A stretch of 64,000 nt of DNA from Gammaproteobacteria bacterium (GCA_037440085.1 JBBIUT010000002.1:7337-71336), one strand, 5' to 3'; shown: positions 37,571 through 47,773, numbered from the stretch's first letter. The notes: generated by a model not told the origin, from the letters alone. Translations and numbers: made by a program.

Positions 37571-38788
37571 TCAGTGCTGTTCGGCATCGTCGACGCCGGC
37601 GCGCGCACGCGGCGCACGTTCGTCGATGTACATGATTTCGTGCTGACCGACCTGAACCACGTCGCCGTCGTTCAAATTGTGCAGTCGAACGCGCTTCGAC
37701 TGCACGAAGATGCCATTGGTGCTGTTGAGGTCCTCGATGAGGCACGAATTGACCTGGGTCACGATTTGGCAGTGATGCCGGCTGATGAATTTGCTGTCGA
37801 TCTGTATGTCGTTATCCGCAGTGCGTCCGATCACCAATCGACCCGGCCGGAGCTCTCGCTCCATCACCGTCTTGCCGCCGCTTGCCAGCAGAATGCGGCC
37901 GACGACCGGACCCTTTTTCATATGGGAGAGGGGCGCTTGCTCCATTTTGAGCACTTGCATGCGATCCGTGTTGGCGTTGAACTCAACCCACTGCAATTCT
38001 CCGATCGCGGCCTCGAGATCCTGAAGGGTCACGGTATCCCGGTCGCGGCCGAAGGCAGCCATCATGCACGTGTCGCATAAGGTATTGATCAATCGCGGTA
38101 CGCCGCCCGTGTATTTGTAGATCACGGGATAAGTGTCTTCCTCGAAGATTCTGCGTCCCTGCGAACCCGCGACTTCGAGCCGATGATCGATATACGCGCT
38201 GGTCTCGGCTTGCGACAGCGTGCTCAAGTGAAAACGCAGGCGCACGCGCTGCACAAGCTGGGTCAGCTCGCGGGAATTCAGCTTGTCATTCAGTTCCGGT
38301 TGGCCCGCCAAGATGATCCGCAGGACTTTTTCCTTCGTCGTCTCGATGCCCGACAACATGCGCAGCTCTTCGAGCACCTTGTTGCTCAAATTTTGCGCCT
38401 CGTCGACGATCAACAGGACTTTCCGGCCACTGACGTGCTGTTCCACCAGGAATTGGTTCAAGGTCGCCAAAACCTCCGGTTTCTTCATGTCGAAAGGGGT
38501 GAAACCGAACTGCACCAGGATCGTCTGCAGAAACTCCGTTGGCGACAATTGAGTCTGGTTTATCTGCGCAACGACCACGTTGCCCTGCAATTCGCGCAGG
38601 AATGTTTCGATCAGCGTGGTCTTGCCGGAACCGATTTCGCCCGTGATCACCACGAACCCGTCGGTGAACCAGATCGTCGACTCCATGTACGCCTTGGCGC
38701 GCGCGTGCTGTTTGCTGAGATAAAGGAATTGCGGGTCCGGGCTCAGGCGGAACGGCAGCTCGCGCAGTTTGAAGAGTTCTAGATACAT
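37571..38788 (-). CDS. ExeA/GspA/MshM-type AAA+ ATPase fused to a C-terminal FHA domain
   Basis: The N-terminus is ELPFRLSPDPQFLYLS. Walker A GEIGSGKT, Walker B LLIVDEAQN and GGVPRLIN are present. The C-terminal FHA pattern is LVIGRTADNDIQIDSKFISRHHCQI...IEDLNSTNGIFV. The ATG lies 7 nt after the purK stop. Confidence 0.8.
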   Translation of the reverse strand: MYLELFKLRELPFRLSPDPQFLYLSKQHARAKAYMESTIWFTDGFVVITGEIGSGKTTLIETFLRELQGNVVVAQINQTQLSPTEFLQTILVQFGFTPFDMKKPEVLATLNQFLVEQHVSGRKVLLIVDEAQNLSNKVLEELRMLSGIETTKEKVLRIILAGQPELNDKLNSRELTQLVQRVRLRFHLSTLSQAETSAYIDHRLEVAGSQGRRIFEEDTYPVIYKYTGGVPRLINTLCDTCMMAAFGRDRDTVTLQDLEAAIGELQWVEFNANTDRMQVLKMEQAPLSHMKKGPVVGRILLASGGKTVMERELRPGRLVIGRTADNDIQIDSKFISRHHCQIVTQVNSCLIEDLNSTNGIFVQSKRVRLHNLNDGDVVQVGQHEIMYIDERAPRARAGVDDAEQH

Positions 38789-38795
38789 CGTGCGG

Positions 38796-39896
38796 TCAGT
38801 CCAGGGGATCGATCAATTCGAGAGCCTCCGCCAGAGCCCGGTTGCGATCCGCGATGCCCGCCTTGAGAATGGTGCAATGGCCGAGTTTTCGGCCCGGCCG
38901 CGCTTGCTTGCCGTAATCGTGGAAGGCGAGACCGTCAATCTCCAACAGGCGCTTGCGGTCGGGCATCTGCCCCAGAAAGTTGATCATGGCCGCGTGTCCC
39001 AAGGCGCGCGTGCTGCCAAGCGGTAAATCGCAAATGGCGCGCAGGTGGTTCTCGAACTGGCTGGTGACGCAGCCTTCAATGGTCCAATGGCCCGAATTGT
39101 GGACGCGCGGCGCCATCTCGTTGGCGATCAATCCGCCCTTCACCACGAAGAACTCGATCGTGAGCACGCCGACGTAGTTGAGCGCCCTCATGATGCGTTT
39201 CAAGTAGATTCTGGCGCTGCGGTTCAGGGCGGGGTTCGTATACGGAGCCACGCTATGGCGCAGGATGCCGTCTGCGTGGCTGTTGGCGGACAACGGATAG
39301 TAGACGATCTCCCCGGCTGCGGAGCGCGCGCCCACGATGGAAACCTCCCGGGTGAACGCTTGAAATTTTTCGTAGATCAAACCCTCGGCGCCGAGGCGAT
39401 CCCAGGCCGGTTCGATGTCCTGCGTGCGGCGCACGACGAATTGACCCTTGCCGTCGTAGCCCATGCGCCGCGTCTTGAGCACGCCCGGAATCCCGAGCTT
39501 GGCCGCAGCGAGCTCCAATTGCTCCCGGGTGTCCACTTTCGCGTGCTCGGTTACGGGGATCTTCAAACGCCTGAACAATGCCTTTTCCTGCAGTCGATCC
39601 TGGGACACCTCGAGGGCCGCGCGCGGGGGGCGGATCGAGGTGAGTTTCTCCAAGGGCACGAGGGCGGCGCCCGAAATGTTCTCCCAATCGAAAGTGACCA
39701 CATCGTTGCCGGATGCCAATTTGGCGAGCAGCGCCGCATCCTCCAGCGATCCTACCAATATGGGCGCAACCTGTGCACCCGGCGCGTCGGCGCCGCGGTC
39801 CAAAAACGAGCATTGGACGCCCAACGGATAGCCGGCGAGCGCCAGCATGCGCCCCAGTTGACCGGCACCGACGATACCAACGCGCAAAGGAATCAA
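38796..39896 (-). CDS. purK: N5-carboxyaminoimidazole ribonucleotide synthase
   Basis: 366 aa ATP-grasp protein ([12 protein letters not shown]). It overlaps the purE stop by 4 nt. Confidence 0.9.
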   Translation of the reverse strand: MIPLRVGIVGAGQLGRMLALAGYPLGVQCSFLDRGADAPGAQVAPILVGSLEDAALLAKLASGNDVVTFDWENISGAALVPLEKLTSIRPPRAALEVSQDRLQEKALFRRLKIPVTEHAKVDTREQLELAAAKLGIPGVLKTRRMGYDGKGQFVVRRTQDIEPAWDRLGAEGLIYEKFQAFTREVSIVGARSAAGEIVYYPLSANSHADGILRHSVAPYTNPALNRSARIYLKRIMRALNYVGVLTIEFFVVKGGLIANEMAPRVHNSGHWTIEGCVTSQFENHLRAICDLPLGSTRALGHAAMINFLGQMPDRKRLLEIDGLAFHDYGKQARPGRKLGHCTILKAGIADRNRALAEALELIDPLD

Positions 39897-40384
39897 GGTT
39901 GACGCGGATCGGGCTTATTGAGCACCGCCGCCGTCTGCGCGGCACGGAATGCATCCAATGCGGCGCGCACTTCGGGCAATTCGTTGGCAAGAATCGCGGC
40001 TGCGAACAGTGCGGCGTTCCGTGCGCCCGCCGCGCCGATCGCAAAGGTCGCAACCGGCACCCCGCTCGGCATCTGGGCTATGGAGAGCAGTGAATCGATG
40101 CCGTTCAAGGTCTTCGTTTGGACCGGGACGCCGAGCACTGGAACCGAGGTCTTGGCGGCGGTCATGCCGGGAAGATGAGCGGCTCCGCCGGCGCCGGCGA
40201 TGATGGCCTTGAGGCCGCGCGAGCGCGCCGAGGCGGCATATTCGAACAACAAGTCCGGGGTACGGTGGGCGGACACCACGCGCACCTCGTGCACCACTCC
40301 AAGGGATTCGAGAGTTTCAGCCGCGCCCCGCATCGTTTCCCAGTCGGACGCGGAGCCCATAATGATTCCGACCACGGCTTTCAT
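39893..40384 (-). CDS. purE: N5-carboxyaminoimidazole ribonucleotide mutase
   Basis: Motifs GSASDW and [10 protein letters not shown] are present, 163 aa. Confidence 0.95.
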   Translation of the reverse strand: MKAVVGIIMGSASDWETMRGAAETLESLGVVHEVRVVSAHRTPDLLFEYAASARSRGLKAIIAGAGGAAHLPGMTAAKTSVPVLGVPVQTKTLNGIDSLLSIAQMPSGVPVATFAIGAAGARNAALFAAAILANELPEVRAALDAFRAAQTAAVLNKPDPRQP

Positions 40385-40405
40385 GGATCGTCAGTCTACC
40401 AAAGA

Positions 40406-40924
40406 CTAACCCAGCAACCGTCTCAGAAACGCAAAAAGCTCCCGCGCACCCACCGGAGAGCGCTGTTCCAGCCGTTCTCGTTCGGCCTTGTCGAGCAGCC
40501 TCTTGAGTTCGGCCGCGTCCGCGTGCGGATATTCCTGCAGCAGTTCACCCACGGCAGTGGCCGGTTCGGAAAGCAGCCGATCGCGCCAGCGCTCGATTTG
40601 CTGGAAATACCGGATCTCCAAGTCGTGGCGCTGCTTGCGCTCCGCCAGTTTCGCCAATACCGGCTCCGGATCGATGCCGCGCATCAACTTGCCGATATAC
40701 TGACGCTGCCTTACCTGCGCCCCGTGCGAGGGTAGGCGCCGCAGGTCGCGCAATGCCACGAATAGGCTGTCCGGCAGATTCAGGGCTTTGATTTCCTGGT
40801 CCGGAAGCGCGGCGAGCTTGACGCCCAATTCCTGCAGGGACGCTGCTTCCCGCTTGCGCGCGCTTTTGCTCTGGCGCTGCTCCTCGGTTTCCCCGGACTC
40901 GTCTGCTTGGCTCTCGGTCATCAT
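40406..40924 (-). CDS. yjgA: Ribosome-associated protein YjgA (DUF615/DarP family)
   Basis: Sequence is YjgA-like (SKSARKRE...LQELG..L, RQRQYIGKLMR). It is divergent from pmbA, as in E. coli. The start is ATG 40924 or GTG 40942. Confidence 0.8.
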   Translation of the reverse strand: MMTESQADESGETEEQRQSKSARKREAASLQELGVKLAALPDQEIKALNLPDSLFVALRDLRRLPSHGAQVRQRQYIGKLMRGIDPEPVLAKLAERKQRHDLEIRYFQQIERWRDRLLSEPATAVGELLQEYPHADAAELKRLLDKAERERLEQRSPVGARELFAFLRRLLG

Positions 40925-40981
40925 ATTGCTCCATGCTACCACTCAGGCCGGTAGAATCACGGGCTGGAATCCTCGAATACG

Positions 40982-42361
40982 GTGTTGGAGATGACGATGT
41001 CCGTGCCTATGGAGTCCGTGCAAAGCGAGTCGGTGCGTCTAGCCCAGGGAGACCTCGAATCGATCATCGAGCGTGCCCTCGAAGAAGCGCGCGCGCGGGG
41101 GGCCTCTCAGGCCGAGGCCGCCGTCAGCCAGGATACCGGTCTTTCGGTCGGTGTGCGACTCGGCGAAGTGGAAACCCTGGAACATCAACGCGACCGCAGC
41201 ATGGGCATTACCGTGTATTTCGGGCGGCGCAAGGGCTCGGCCAGCACGGCCGATTTTTCCTTGGAGGCGGTTCGTGCAACCGTCGCCAAGGCTTGCAGCA
41301 TTGCCCGGTTTACGGCGGAGGATCCCTGTGCAGGTCTGGCGGATCCTTCGCTGATGGCGCGCTCGCCGCCCGATTTGGATCTCGCCCATCCGTGGAATAT
41401 CAGCGCAGATCGTGCGATCGAGATCGCCAAGGCATGCGAGGCGGCAGCGCTGGCATTCGACCGGCGCATCAACAATTCCGAGGGAGCCTCGGTCGGCGCC
41501 CATCGAGGGCTGCACGTCTATGGCAACACTCACGGCTTCATCGGGGGCTATCCGACCACCTCGCACAGCTTGAGCTGTGTGGTGCTCGCCGGCACCGGGG
41601 AGGATATGCAGCGCGACTATTGGTACACGAGTTCGCGGGACTGGCGCGAGCTGCAGGATGCGGAGGCGGTCGGGCGCGAAAGCGCACGGCGCACCGTCGC
41701 ACGCTTGGGGCCTCGCAAGCTCAGCACGCGGCGCGCGCCGGTCTTGTTCAGCCCCGAGATCGCGCGCGGTCTTTTCGGATATTTCAGCGGGGCGATACGC
41801 GGCAGCAGCCAATACCGGCAATCCTCGTTCCTGCTCAATTCGCTCGGACAGCAGATATTTCCCAAGGGGTTTTCGATTGTCGAGCGTCCGCACATTCCCA
41901 AAGCGATGGCCAGCGCACCCTTCGACGAGGAAGGCGTCGCCACTTGCGATCGCGACCTCATCGCCGATGGCGTGCTCACCGGCTACATTCTCTCCAGCTA
42001 CTCCGCGTGCAAGCTCGGGCTCAAGACGACCGGCAATGCGGGCGGCGCCCACAATCTTCTGGTGGCGCCGGACACCTCCGGAGGATTCGACGCGATGCTC
42101 GGGCGACTGGGCAGCGGGCTGCTGGTGACCGAATTGATGGGGCAGGGCGTAAACCCGGTGACCGGCGATTATTCGCGCGGCGCGGCGGGCTTTTGGGTCG
42201 AAAACGGCGCCATTCAATACCCGGTGGCCGAGATCACCGTTGCCGGGAACCTGCGCGATATGTTCAAGGATATCGTGGCAGTCGGCGACGATATCGATGT
42301 GCGCAGCGGCACCCGCGTCGGATCGGTGTTGTTAAAGGAGATGACCATCGCGGGCGAGTGA
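40982..42361 (+). CDS. pmbA: Metalloprotease PmbA (TldE)
   Basis: It aligns by eye with E. coli PmbA along its length (GITVY..R.KGSAST.D, GDYSRGAAGFWVENG). The start could lie anywhere from 40982 to 41009. Confidence 0.9.
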   Translation: MLEMTMSVPMESVQSESVRLAQGDLESIIERALEEARARGASQAEAAVSQDTGLSVGVRLGEVETLEHQRDRSMGITVYFGRRKGSASTADFSLEAVRATVAKACSIARFTAEDPCAGLADPSLMARSPPDLDLAHPWNISADRAIEIAKACEAAALAFDRRINNSEGASVGAHRGLHVYGNTHGFIGGYPTTSHSLSCVVLAGTGEDMQRDYWYTSSRDWRELQDAEAVGRESARRTVARLGPRKLSTRRAPVLFSPEIARGLFGYFSGAIRGSSQYRQSSFLLNSLGQQIFPKGFSIVERPHIPKAMASAPFDEEGVATCDRDLIADGVLTGYILSSYSACKLGLKTTGNAGGAHNLLVAPDTSGGFDAMLGRLGSGLLVTELMGQGVNPVTGDYSRGAAGFWVENGAIQYPVAEITVAGNLRDMFKDIVAVGDDIDVRSGTRVGSVLLKEMTIAGE

Positions 42362-43291
42362 CGCGCTGCCCGGCAGTTCGACAGGCTCAGGGCGGCGGCG
42401 CAGGTATTGCGGGAATTGCACATAGCAGGCGAGCTGCGCACCGATCAACAGGATGAGCCAGGTCACGTAAATCCAGATCAAGACGGTCATCACGATCGCA
42501 AGACCGGTGTAGACCGCGATCATGTGCGAGGAATAGACGATAAACGCGCTGAACGCATGGCCAACCAGGGCCCAAACGACGCCCGCCGCGACACCGCCGA
42601 TGAGCGCCGGCCGGAAGGCGACATGGGTGTTGGGGATGAATGCATACACGAACACAAAGACCATCGTGACTATGGCGTACGGCAGGAGCTGACCGAGGAG
42701 CCGGAAGGCCCACGCGAGGTGCGCGAAGGAGTAGAGCCACTGGGCGGCGGGACTGTACTCGGCCGAGGCCAGCAGCTCGAGCGCGACCGCCAACAGAATG
42801 GGCCCCGCGATCATGACGCTCAAGAGCTCGGTGAAGCGCCGCCCGAAGCTGCGCGGCCGGCCGACGCGCCATACGAAATTGAAGCTTGCTTCGACCTTCT
42901 GAACGGTGCCGATGGCGGTGTAGACCAGCATCGCGAGACCGATCGAGCCGAGCAGTTCGCCGCGCATGTTCTCGACGAATTGCATGACGGTTTCGGTCAG
43001 TGGACCTTCCGCATTGCCCAAGGGGCGGAAGAACTCATGCAGGATGAACCTCAAGTCGGAGTGCGCTCCGAGGCGCTTCAAAATGGAAAAGACGAACACC
43101 ATCAGGGGTACGAAGGACAGGAGCGTGGTGTACGCCAAGCTCATGGCGTGGGTATCGATGTCACCCGCCAGCCAGTCGCGGAGCAGGGCGTTCGGATAGC
43201 GCAGCACGTGCAACGCCTGCCCCCAGGGACGGCCCAATTTGCGGGATTTTTGCGCGAGCTTATCGTCGAGATGTTCCAGCGAGTCGAGCAT
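42332..43291 (-). CDS. YihY/BrkB family inner-membrane protein
   Basis: 319 aa polytopic membrane protein with a YihY-type N-terminus (AMSLAYTTLLSFVPL). Its 3' end overlaps pmbA convergently by 30 nt. Confidence 0.8.
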   Translation of the reverse strand: MLDSLEHLDDKLAQKSRKLGRPWGQALHVLRYPNALLRDWLAGDIDTHAMSLAYTTLLSFVPLMVFVFSILKRLGAHSDLRFILHEFFRPLGNAEGPLTETVMQFVENMRGELLGSIGLAMLVYTAIGTVQKVEASFNFVWRVGRPRSFGRRFTELLSVMIAGPILLAVALELLASAEYSPAAQWLYSFAHLAWAFRLLGQLLPYAIVTMVFVFVYAFIPNTHVAFRPALIGGVAAGVVWALVGHAFSAFIVYSSHMIAVYTGLAIVMTVLIWIYVTWLILLIGAQLACYVQFPQYLRRRPEPVELPGSASLARDGHLL

Positions 43292-43306
43292 GCCGGGCTT
43301 TGGCGC

Positions 43307-44206
43307 TCAGGCGGTCAGCAATTCGAACGCCTTGCGATAATTATCGCTGGTGCGCGCGAGGACCTCGGGCGGCAAATGCGGCGCCGGCGGTTTCTTGTTC
43401 CAATGTATGGATTCCAGATAGTCCCGCACGAACTGCTTGTCGAAACTCGGGGGGCTGACGCCGGGTTTGTACGATGCTACCGGCCAGAACCGCGACGAGT
43501 CGGGCGTCAGCGCCTCATCGATCAGCAGCAAATTACCCGACTTGTCGATTCCGAACTCGAATTTGGTGTCGGCGATGATGATGTCGCGGGCGTGCGCATG
43601 CCGCGCCGCGTACCCGTACACCGCAAGCGCGATGCGCCGAATGTCGGTCGCATGTTCCCGGCCCACCGCCTTGACCACCGACTCGAAATCGACATTTTCA
43701 TCATGCTGGCCGGCGGGCGCTTTCGAGGCCGGCGTGAAGATCGGTTCCGGCAGCGCCTGCGCCAGCTGCAGTCCGGCCGGCAAGGCAATGCCGCACACCG
43801 AACCGTGCAATTGATAGTCTTTGTAGCCCGAGCCGATCAGATAGCCGCGCACCACCGCTTCGATCGGCAACGGGGTCAATTTCTTCACCACCATCGCGCG
43901 GCCGGCGAGCTGCGCCCGCTCCTCGGGATCGGTGATGAGGTCCTCCACCCGCAAGTCGGTCAGATGATTGGCGACCAAATGGCGGGTTTTGCCGAACCAG
44001 AACGCGGAAATCCTCGCCAGCACCTCGCCCTTGAGCGGAACGGGGTCCGGCAGCACCACGTCGAACGCCGACAATCGGTCGGTGGTGACGATCAGCAGAT
44101 GGTCCGAATCGACATCGTAAATATCGCGCACCTTCCCCTGATGAAGCCGGCGCAGACTGCGGATGTGGGATTCGAACAGCGGCGGCGATTGCGAAAGCGG
44201 TTGCAT
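43307..44206 (-). CDS. purC: Phosphoribosylaminoimidazole-succinocarboxamide synthase (long form)
   Basis: Motifs GKVRDIY and TDRLSAFD are present, 299 aa. Confidence 0.9.
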   Translation of the reverse strand: MQPLSQSPPLFESHIRSLRRLHQGKVRDIYDVDSDHLLIVTTDRLSAFDVVLPDPVPLKGEVLARISAFWFGKTRHLVANHLTDLRVEDLITDPEERAQLAGRAMVVKKLTPLPIEAVVRGYLIGSGYKDYQLHGSVCGIALPAGLQLAQALPEPIFTPASKAPAGQHDENVDFESVVKAVGREHATDIRRIALAVYGYAARHAHARDIIIADTKFEFGIDKSGNLLLIDEALTPDSSRFWPVASYKPGVSPPSFDKQFVRDYLESIHWNKKPPAPHLPPEVLARTSDNYRKAFELLTA

Positions 44207-44279
44207 TTACGGGGGCTGCTACCATTGCGGAGTGGAAGGTCGGCGATTGTGGCGGGGCGGATCGCATAGGTCAACGCGA

Positions 44280-45080
44280 ATGGCTTGGAACGGTACATTG
44301 TTTGGGGCATTGGGCGGCTTTTTGATCACCAGAAGCGTCTGGGGAGCCGTGTTCGGCGCCATCGTCGGGCAGATGTTCGATCAGAGCGGCCGCCTGATCG
44401 GCGCCACGGGCGCGGACACATCCACGGCCGCGCCGGTACCCGAGGTATTCTTCCGCACCACGTTCGAACTCATGGGCCACGTTGCCAAGTCCGACGGGCG
44501 AGTGTCGGAGGCGGAGATCGACGCGGCGCGCCGGCTCATGCACGAACTGCGCTTGAGTCCCCGCGACGTCGGAATCGCGATCGACTGCTTTAGAGCCGGA
44601 AAGTCGCCGGCCTACGATGCCGGTTTGCGGGTGGAACAACTGCGCGAAGCCTGCGGATTGCGCTACGAGCTGCTGCGCGCCTTCATGGAATTGCAATTAC
44701 GGGCGGCGCTCGCCGGGAACGGCATTTCGCCGCCGGCGCGCAGCGTCTTGACGCGCGTGGCGGGAGAACTAGGCATGTCGCCACTCGAGTTCGCCCATAT
44801 GGAATCGGCGGTGCGCGCGCGGCAGCAGGGCGGCCGCAGATCCGCGGGCCCGGCGCCGGTGCAAGGACCGTTGGCCGACTGCTATGCGGAACTCGAGGTC
44901 GGCGCAGACATGAGCGATCTAGAAGTCACCAAGGCTTATCGCCGGCAGATGAGCCGTCATCATCCCGACAAGCTGGTTGCCAACGGATTACCGGAGTCCA
45001 TGGCGCAGGTGGCCAAGGAAAAGACGCAGCGGATCCAGGAGGCCTACGAGGCAATACGTGCGGCGCGCGGCATGCGTTGA
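44280..45080 (+). CDS. djlA: Co-chaperone DjlA
   Basis: It has an N-terminal TM helix, a TerB-like middle region and a C-terminal J domain (YRRQMSRHHPDK). Confidence 0.85.
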   Translation: MAWNGTLFGALGGFLITRSVWGAVFGAIVGQMFDQSGRLIGATGADTSTAAPVPEVFFRTTFELMGHVAKSDGRVSEAEIDAARRLMHELRLSPRDVGIAIDCFRAGKSPAYDAGLRVEQLREACGLRYELLRAFMELQLRAALAGNGISPPARSVLTRVAGELGMSPLEFAHMESAVRARQQGGRRSAGPAPVQGPLADCYAELEVGADMSDLEVTKAYRRQMSRHHPDKLVANGLPESMAQVAKEKTQRIQEAYEAIRAARGMR

Positions 45081-45116
45081 TCAAGCGGCGGCAGGGCGCC
45101 GCGCCTTGCGCCGGCG

Positions 45117-45881
45117 CTACTCGTCGTCCTCGTCCTCATCTTCGTCCTCGTCGTGCTTTGCGGCGCGCACGCTCTTGCCGGCCGGCGCATTGGCCGCCGT
45201 GCCGGGCTTGACCGGAACGATCAGCGGCCGCGTCTTGACCTTCGGACGCGCATTGAACACGACGATGGTTTTGCCGGTGGCGCGCAGCAGCCCCTGTTCT
45301 TCGAGGACCTTGAGGACGCGTCCCGCCATTTCGCGCGAGCAGCCGACCAAACGCGACAACTCCTGCCGGCTGACCTTGATTTGCATCCCTTCCGGGTGTG
45401 TCATCGCATCGGGCTCGCCGCACAGGTCCATGATCGCGTGCGCCACGCGTCCCGTGACGTCCACGAAAGCGAGATCGCCGAGTTTGCGGTTGGTGCGATC
45501 GAGCCGGGTGGCGAGCTGAGTGGCCAATTCAAATATGAGCCCGGGACTTTCGGCGGCAATCTGCCTGAACCGCGGGTAGGTCATTTCCGCCAGTTCGGAC
45601 TGCTGGCGGGTGCGAACCCAGGCGCTGCGGGTCGGCTGTTCGTAGAACAGGCCCATTTCGCCAAAAAATTGCCCCTTGTTCAGATACGCCAGCACCATTT
45701 CATTGCCGTCTTCGTCTTCGATCATGACTTCGACGGAGCCCGAGATGATGTAGTAGAGGATGTCCGGCAGGTCGCCCGCGTGGATGATTACGGTCTTGGA
45801 AGGGACTGTCCGGATACGGCAGTAGCTCAAGAAACGATTGATCGCAGGGATATCGCTTAAGGCTTTTGCCATTTCTTCCAT
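45117..45881 (-). CDS. crp: CRP/Vfr/Clp-family cyclic-nucleotide-responsive transcription factor with 45-aa basic-then-acidic C-terminal tail
   Basis: The cNMP-binding region has FGEMGLF and TRSAWVR. The HTH is VSRQELSRLVGCSREMAGRVLKVLEEQG. The usual C-terminus (GKTIVVF) is followed by NARPKVKTRPLIVPVKPGTAANAPAGKSVRAAKHDEDEDEDEDDE. Confidence 0.85.
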   Translation of the reverse strand: MEEMAKALSDIPAINRFLSYCRIRTVPSKTVIIHAGDLPDILYYIISGSVEVMIEDEDGNEMVLAYLNKGQFFGEMGLFYEQPTRSAWVRTRQQSELAEMTYPRFRQIAAESPGLIFELATQLATRLDRTNRKLGDLAFVDVTGRVAHAIMDLCGEPDAMTHPEGMQIKVSRQELSRLVGCSREMAGRVLKVLEEQGLLRATGKTIVVFNARPKVKTRPLIVPVKPGTAANAPAGKSVRAAKHDEDEDEDEDDE

Positions 45882-45982
45882 GGTCTCTCCCTAGTTTTTA
45901 GGCTTTGCGGTCGTGAAAACGACTGTTCTGGCGCACGTTTTATTACATAAGTCCCGGAATCGCAAGCACTAACGGGATTTCG

Positions 45983-46624
45983 CTACAGCCAATAGGAACC
46001 ACGAGTCATGACTCGCGAGACGAGGCGCATCGCAATGCGCAGAGCAATCGGCAGCTCCTTGCCCCCTAGAGCGAGTGCCGTGGCACCATGCCTCGCCTCG
46101 TCAGCGGCCATCTGCTCGAGGATCAGACGGCTGCGCCGGTCGGCCTGCGGCAAGCGCTGCATGTGATCATGCAAGTGCGATTCGACTTGACGCTCGGTCT
46201 CGGTGATGAATCCCAAACTGCTGCGATCGCCGAAGGCGCCCGCCACGGCACCGATGGCGAAGGAGCCCGCATACCACACCGGGTTCAAGAGACTGGTCCG
46301 GCCGTGCAATTCCTCGAGCCGCTGCTCGCACCAGGCCAGATGGTCCATTTCCTCCGCGGCAGCTTGGCGCATGGCGTCGCTCACGGCCGAATCTCGCGCG
46401 GCGAGCGCCTGCCCCCGATACAGCGCCTGGGCGGCCACCTCGCCGGCGTGGTTCACGCGCATCAGACGAATCGATTCCTGGCGCTCCGCCTCCTTAAGGG
46501 CCGGCTCGCCGCCGGGGGCCGCCGGGTTCGCGCGAAGCGTGTGCACAGGGCTAGCTAATACCTTGATTGCTCTATCAATTTCGCCAAGGACACGGTCCGC
46601 CAGGCTGAATATGCGAGAATTCAT
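45983..46624 (-). CDS. coq7: Demethoxyubiquinone hydroxylase (di-iron Coq7 family)
   Basis: Di-iron ExxH motifs are present (AEEMDHL and ADEARH), 213 aa. Confidence 0.9.
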   Translation of the reverse strand: MNSRIFSLADRVLGEIDRAIKVLASPVHTLRANPAAPGGEPALKEAERQESIRLMRVNHAGEVAAQALYRGQALAARDSAVSDAMRQAAAEEMDHLAWCEQRLEELHGRTSLLNPVWYAGSFAIGAVAGAFGDRSSLGFITETERQVESHLHDHMQRLPQADRRSRLILEQMAADEARHGATALALGGKELPIALRIAMRLVSRVMTRGSYWL

Positions 46625-46734
46625 GGATACATTATATTATAGGGTGCTATCGGCACGGCGGGCTGGTAACGGGGCGCCTGGTTCTGTACACTTTCGCGCC
46701 TTTCGTTATCGGCCCGACACATCTGAGTATTTCC

Positions 46735-47163
46735 ATGTACACCGTATTCTCCAAGCCTGAAGCAACCCGCGGCGACTGGTATCTGGTCGACGCCGGCGGC
46801 AAGACCCTCGGCCGGCTGGCCTCGCAGATCGCGCATCGATTGAAGGGCAAACACAAGCCCAATTATGCGCCCCATCAAGACCTGGGCGATCACATTGTGG
46901 TGATCAACGCCGGAACCGTGCGGGTCACCGGCGCCAAGCTCACCGACAAGTTCTATCACCAGCACACCGGCTACGTCGGAAACCTGAAAAGCATCGCGCT
47001 CGGCAAGCTGCTAAAGGAACACCCCGAGCGTGCGATCGAATTCGCGGTCAAGGGCATGCTGCCGAAGGGGCCTCTGGGCAGGCGCATGTACAAGAAGCTG
47101 CATGTATTCGGCGGCAACACCCATCCGCATCAAGCACAGCAGCCCAAAGCGCTGCAACTCTAA
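46735..47163 (+). CDS. rplM: 50S ribosomal protein L13
   Basis: 142 aa with a canonical L13 sequence, followed by rpsI. Confidence 0.95.
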   Translation: MYTVFSKPEATRGDWYLVDAGGKTLGRLASQIAHRLKGKHKPNYAPHQDLGDHIVVINAGTVRVTGAKLTDKFYHQHTGYVGNLKSIALGKLLKEHPERAIEFAVKGMLPKGPLGRRMYKKLHVFGGNTHPHQAQQPKALQL

Positions 47164-47184
47164 GAGCTTCGTAGGAAATCAAGC

Positions 47185-47589
47185 ATGGCATCAAGCACAG
47201 CCGCGAACACCTTTTACGGGACCGGCCGCCGAAAAACTTCGAGCGCACGGGTATACCTGCGCAAAGGAACCGGCAAGGTCTCGATCAACGGCCGTTCTCT
47301 GGACGAATTCTTCGGGCGGGAGACCGGCCGTATGATCGTGCAGCAGCCTTTCGGCGCGGTCCAGTTGGACGGCAAGTTCGACGTCGATGCGCACGTCGAA
47401 GGCGGCGGAATCACGGGTCAAGCCGGCGCGATTCGCCACGGCATTACGCGCGCCTTGATGGCCTACGATGAGGCGCTGCGCTCGCCGCTGCGCAAGGCGG
47501 GATTCGTGACTCGGGACGCGCGCGAAGTCGAACGCAAGAAAGTTGGCCGCCGCAAGGCTCGCCGCGGAACCCAGTTCTCCAAACGCTGA
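47185..47589 (+). CDS. rpsI: 30S ribosomal protein S9
   Basis: 134 aa ending in the canonical [13 protein letters not shown]. Confidence 0.95.
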   Translation: MASSTAANTFYGTGRRKTSSARVYLRKGTGKVSINGRSLDEFFGRETGRMIVQQPFGAVQLDGKFDVDAHVEGGGITGQAGAIRHGITRALMAYDEALRSPLRKAGFVTRDAREVERKKVGRRKARRGTQFSKR

Positions 47590-47650
47590 TCGGCTTTGGA
47601 TGCCGTCCGCCGTCCGCCGTCCGCTGTACGACGAAACGATCGAACGGATT

Positions 47651-47724
47651 TGGGGGATCGTCTAGCGGTAGGACAACGGTCTCTGACACCGTTTACCTAG
47701 GTTCGAATCCTAGTCCCCCAGCCA
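47651..47724 (+). tRNA. tRNA-Gln (anticodon CTG)
   Basis: The sequence TGGGGGATCGTCTAGCGGTAGGACAACGGTCTCTGACACCGTTTACCTAGGTTCGAATCCTAGTCCCCCAGCCA folds as a cloverleaf by eye. It has the U1-A72 pair typical of tRNA-Gln, anticodon loop CTCTGAC and an encoded CCA. Confidence 0.95.
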
Positions 47725-47733
47725 ATTTAATCA

Positions 47734-47761
47734 GGGCCCACATTGTGGGCCCGCTTCTTTT
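47734..47761 (+). terminator. Rho-independent terminator after tRNA-Gln
   Basis: GGGCCCA-CATTG-TGGGCCC is followed by the T-rich GCTTCTTTT. Confidence 0.6.
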
Positions 47762-47773
47762 CCGCAGGTACAC

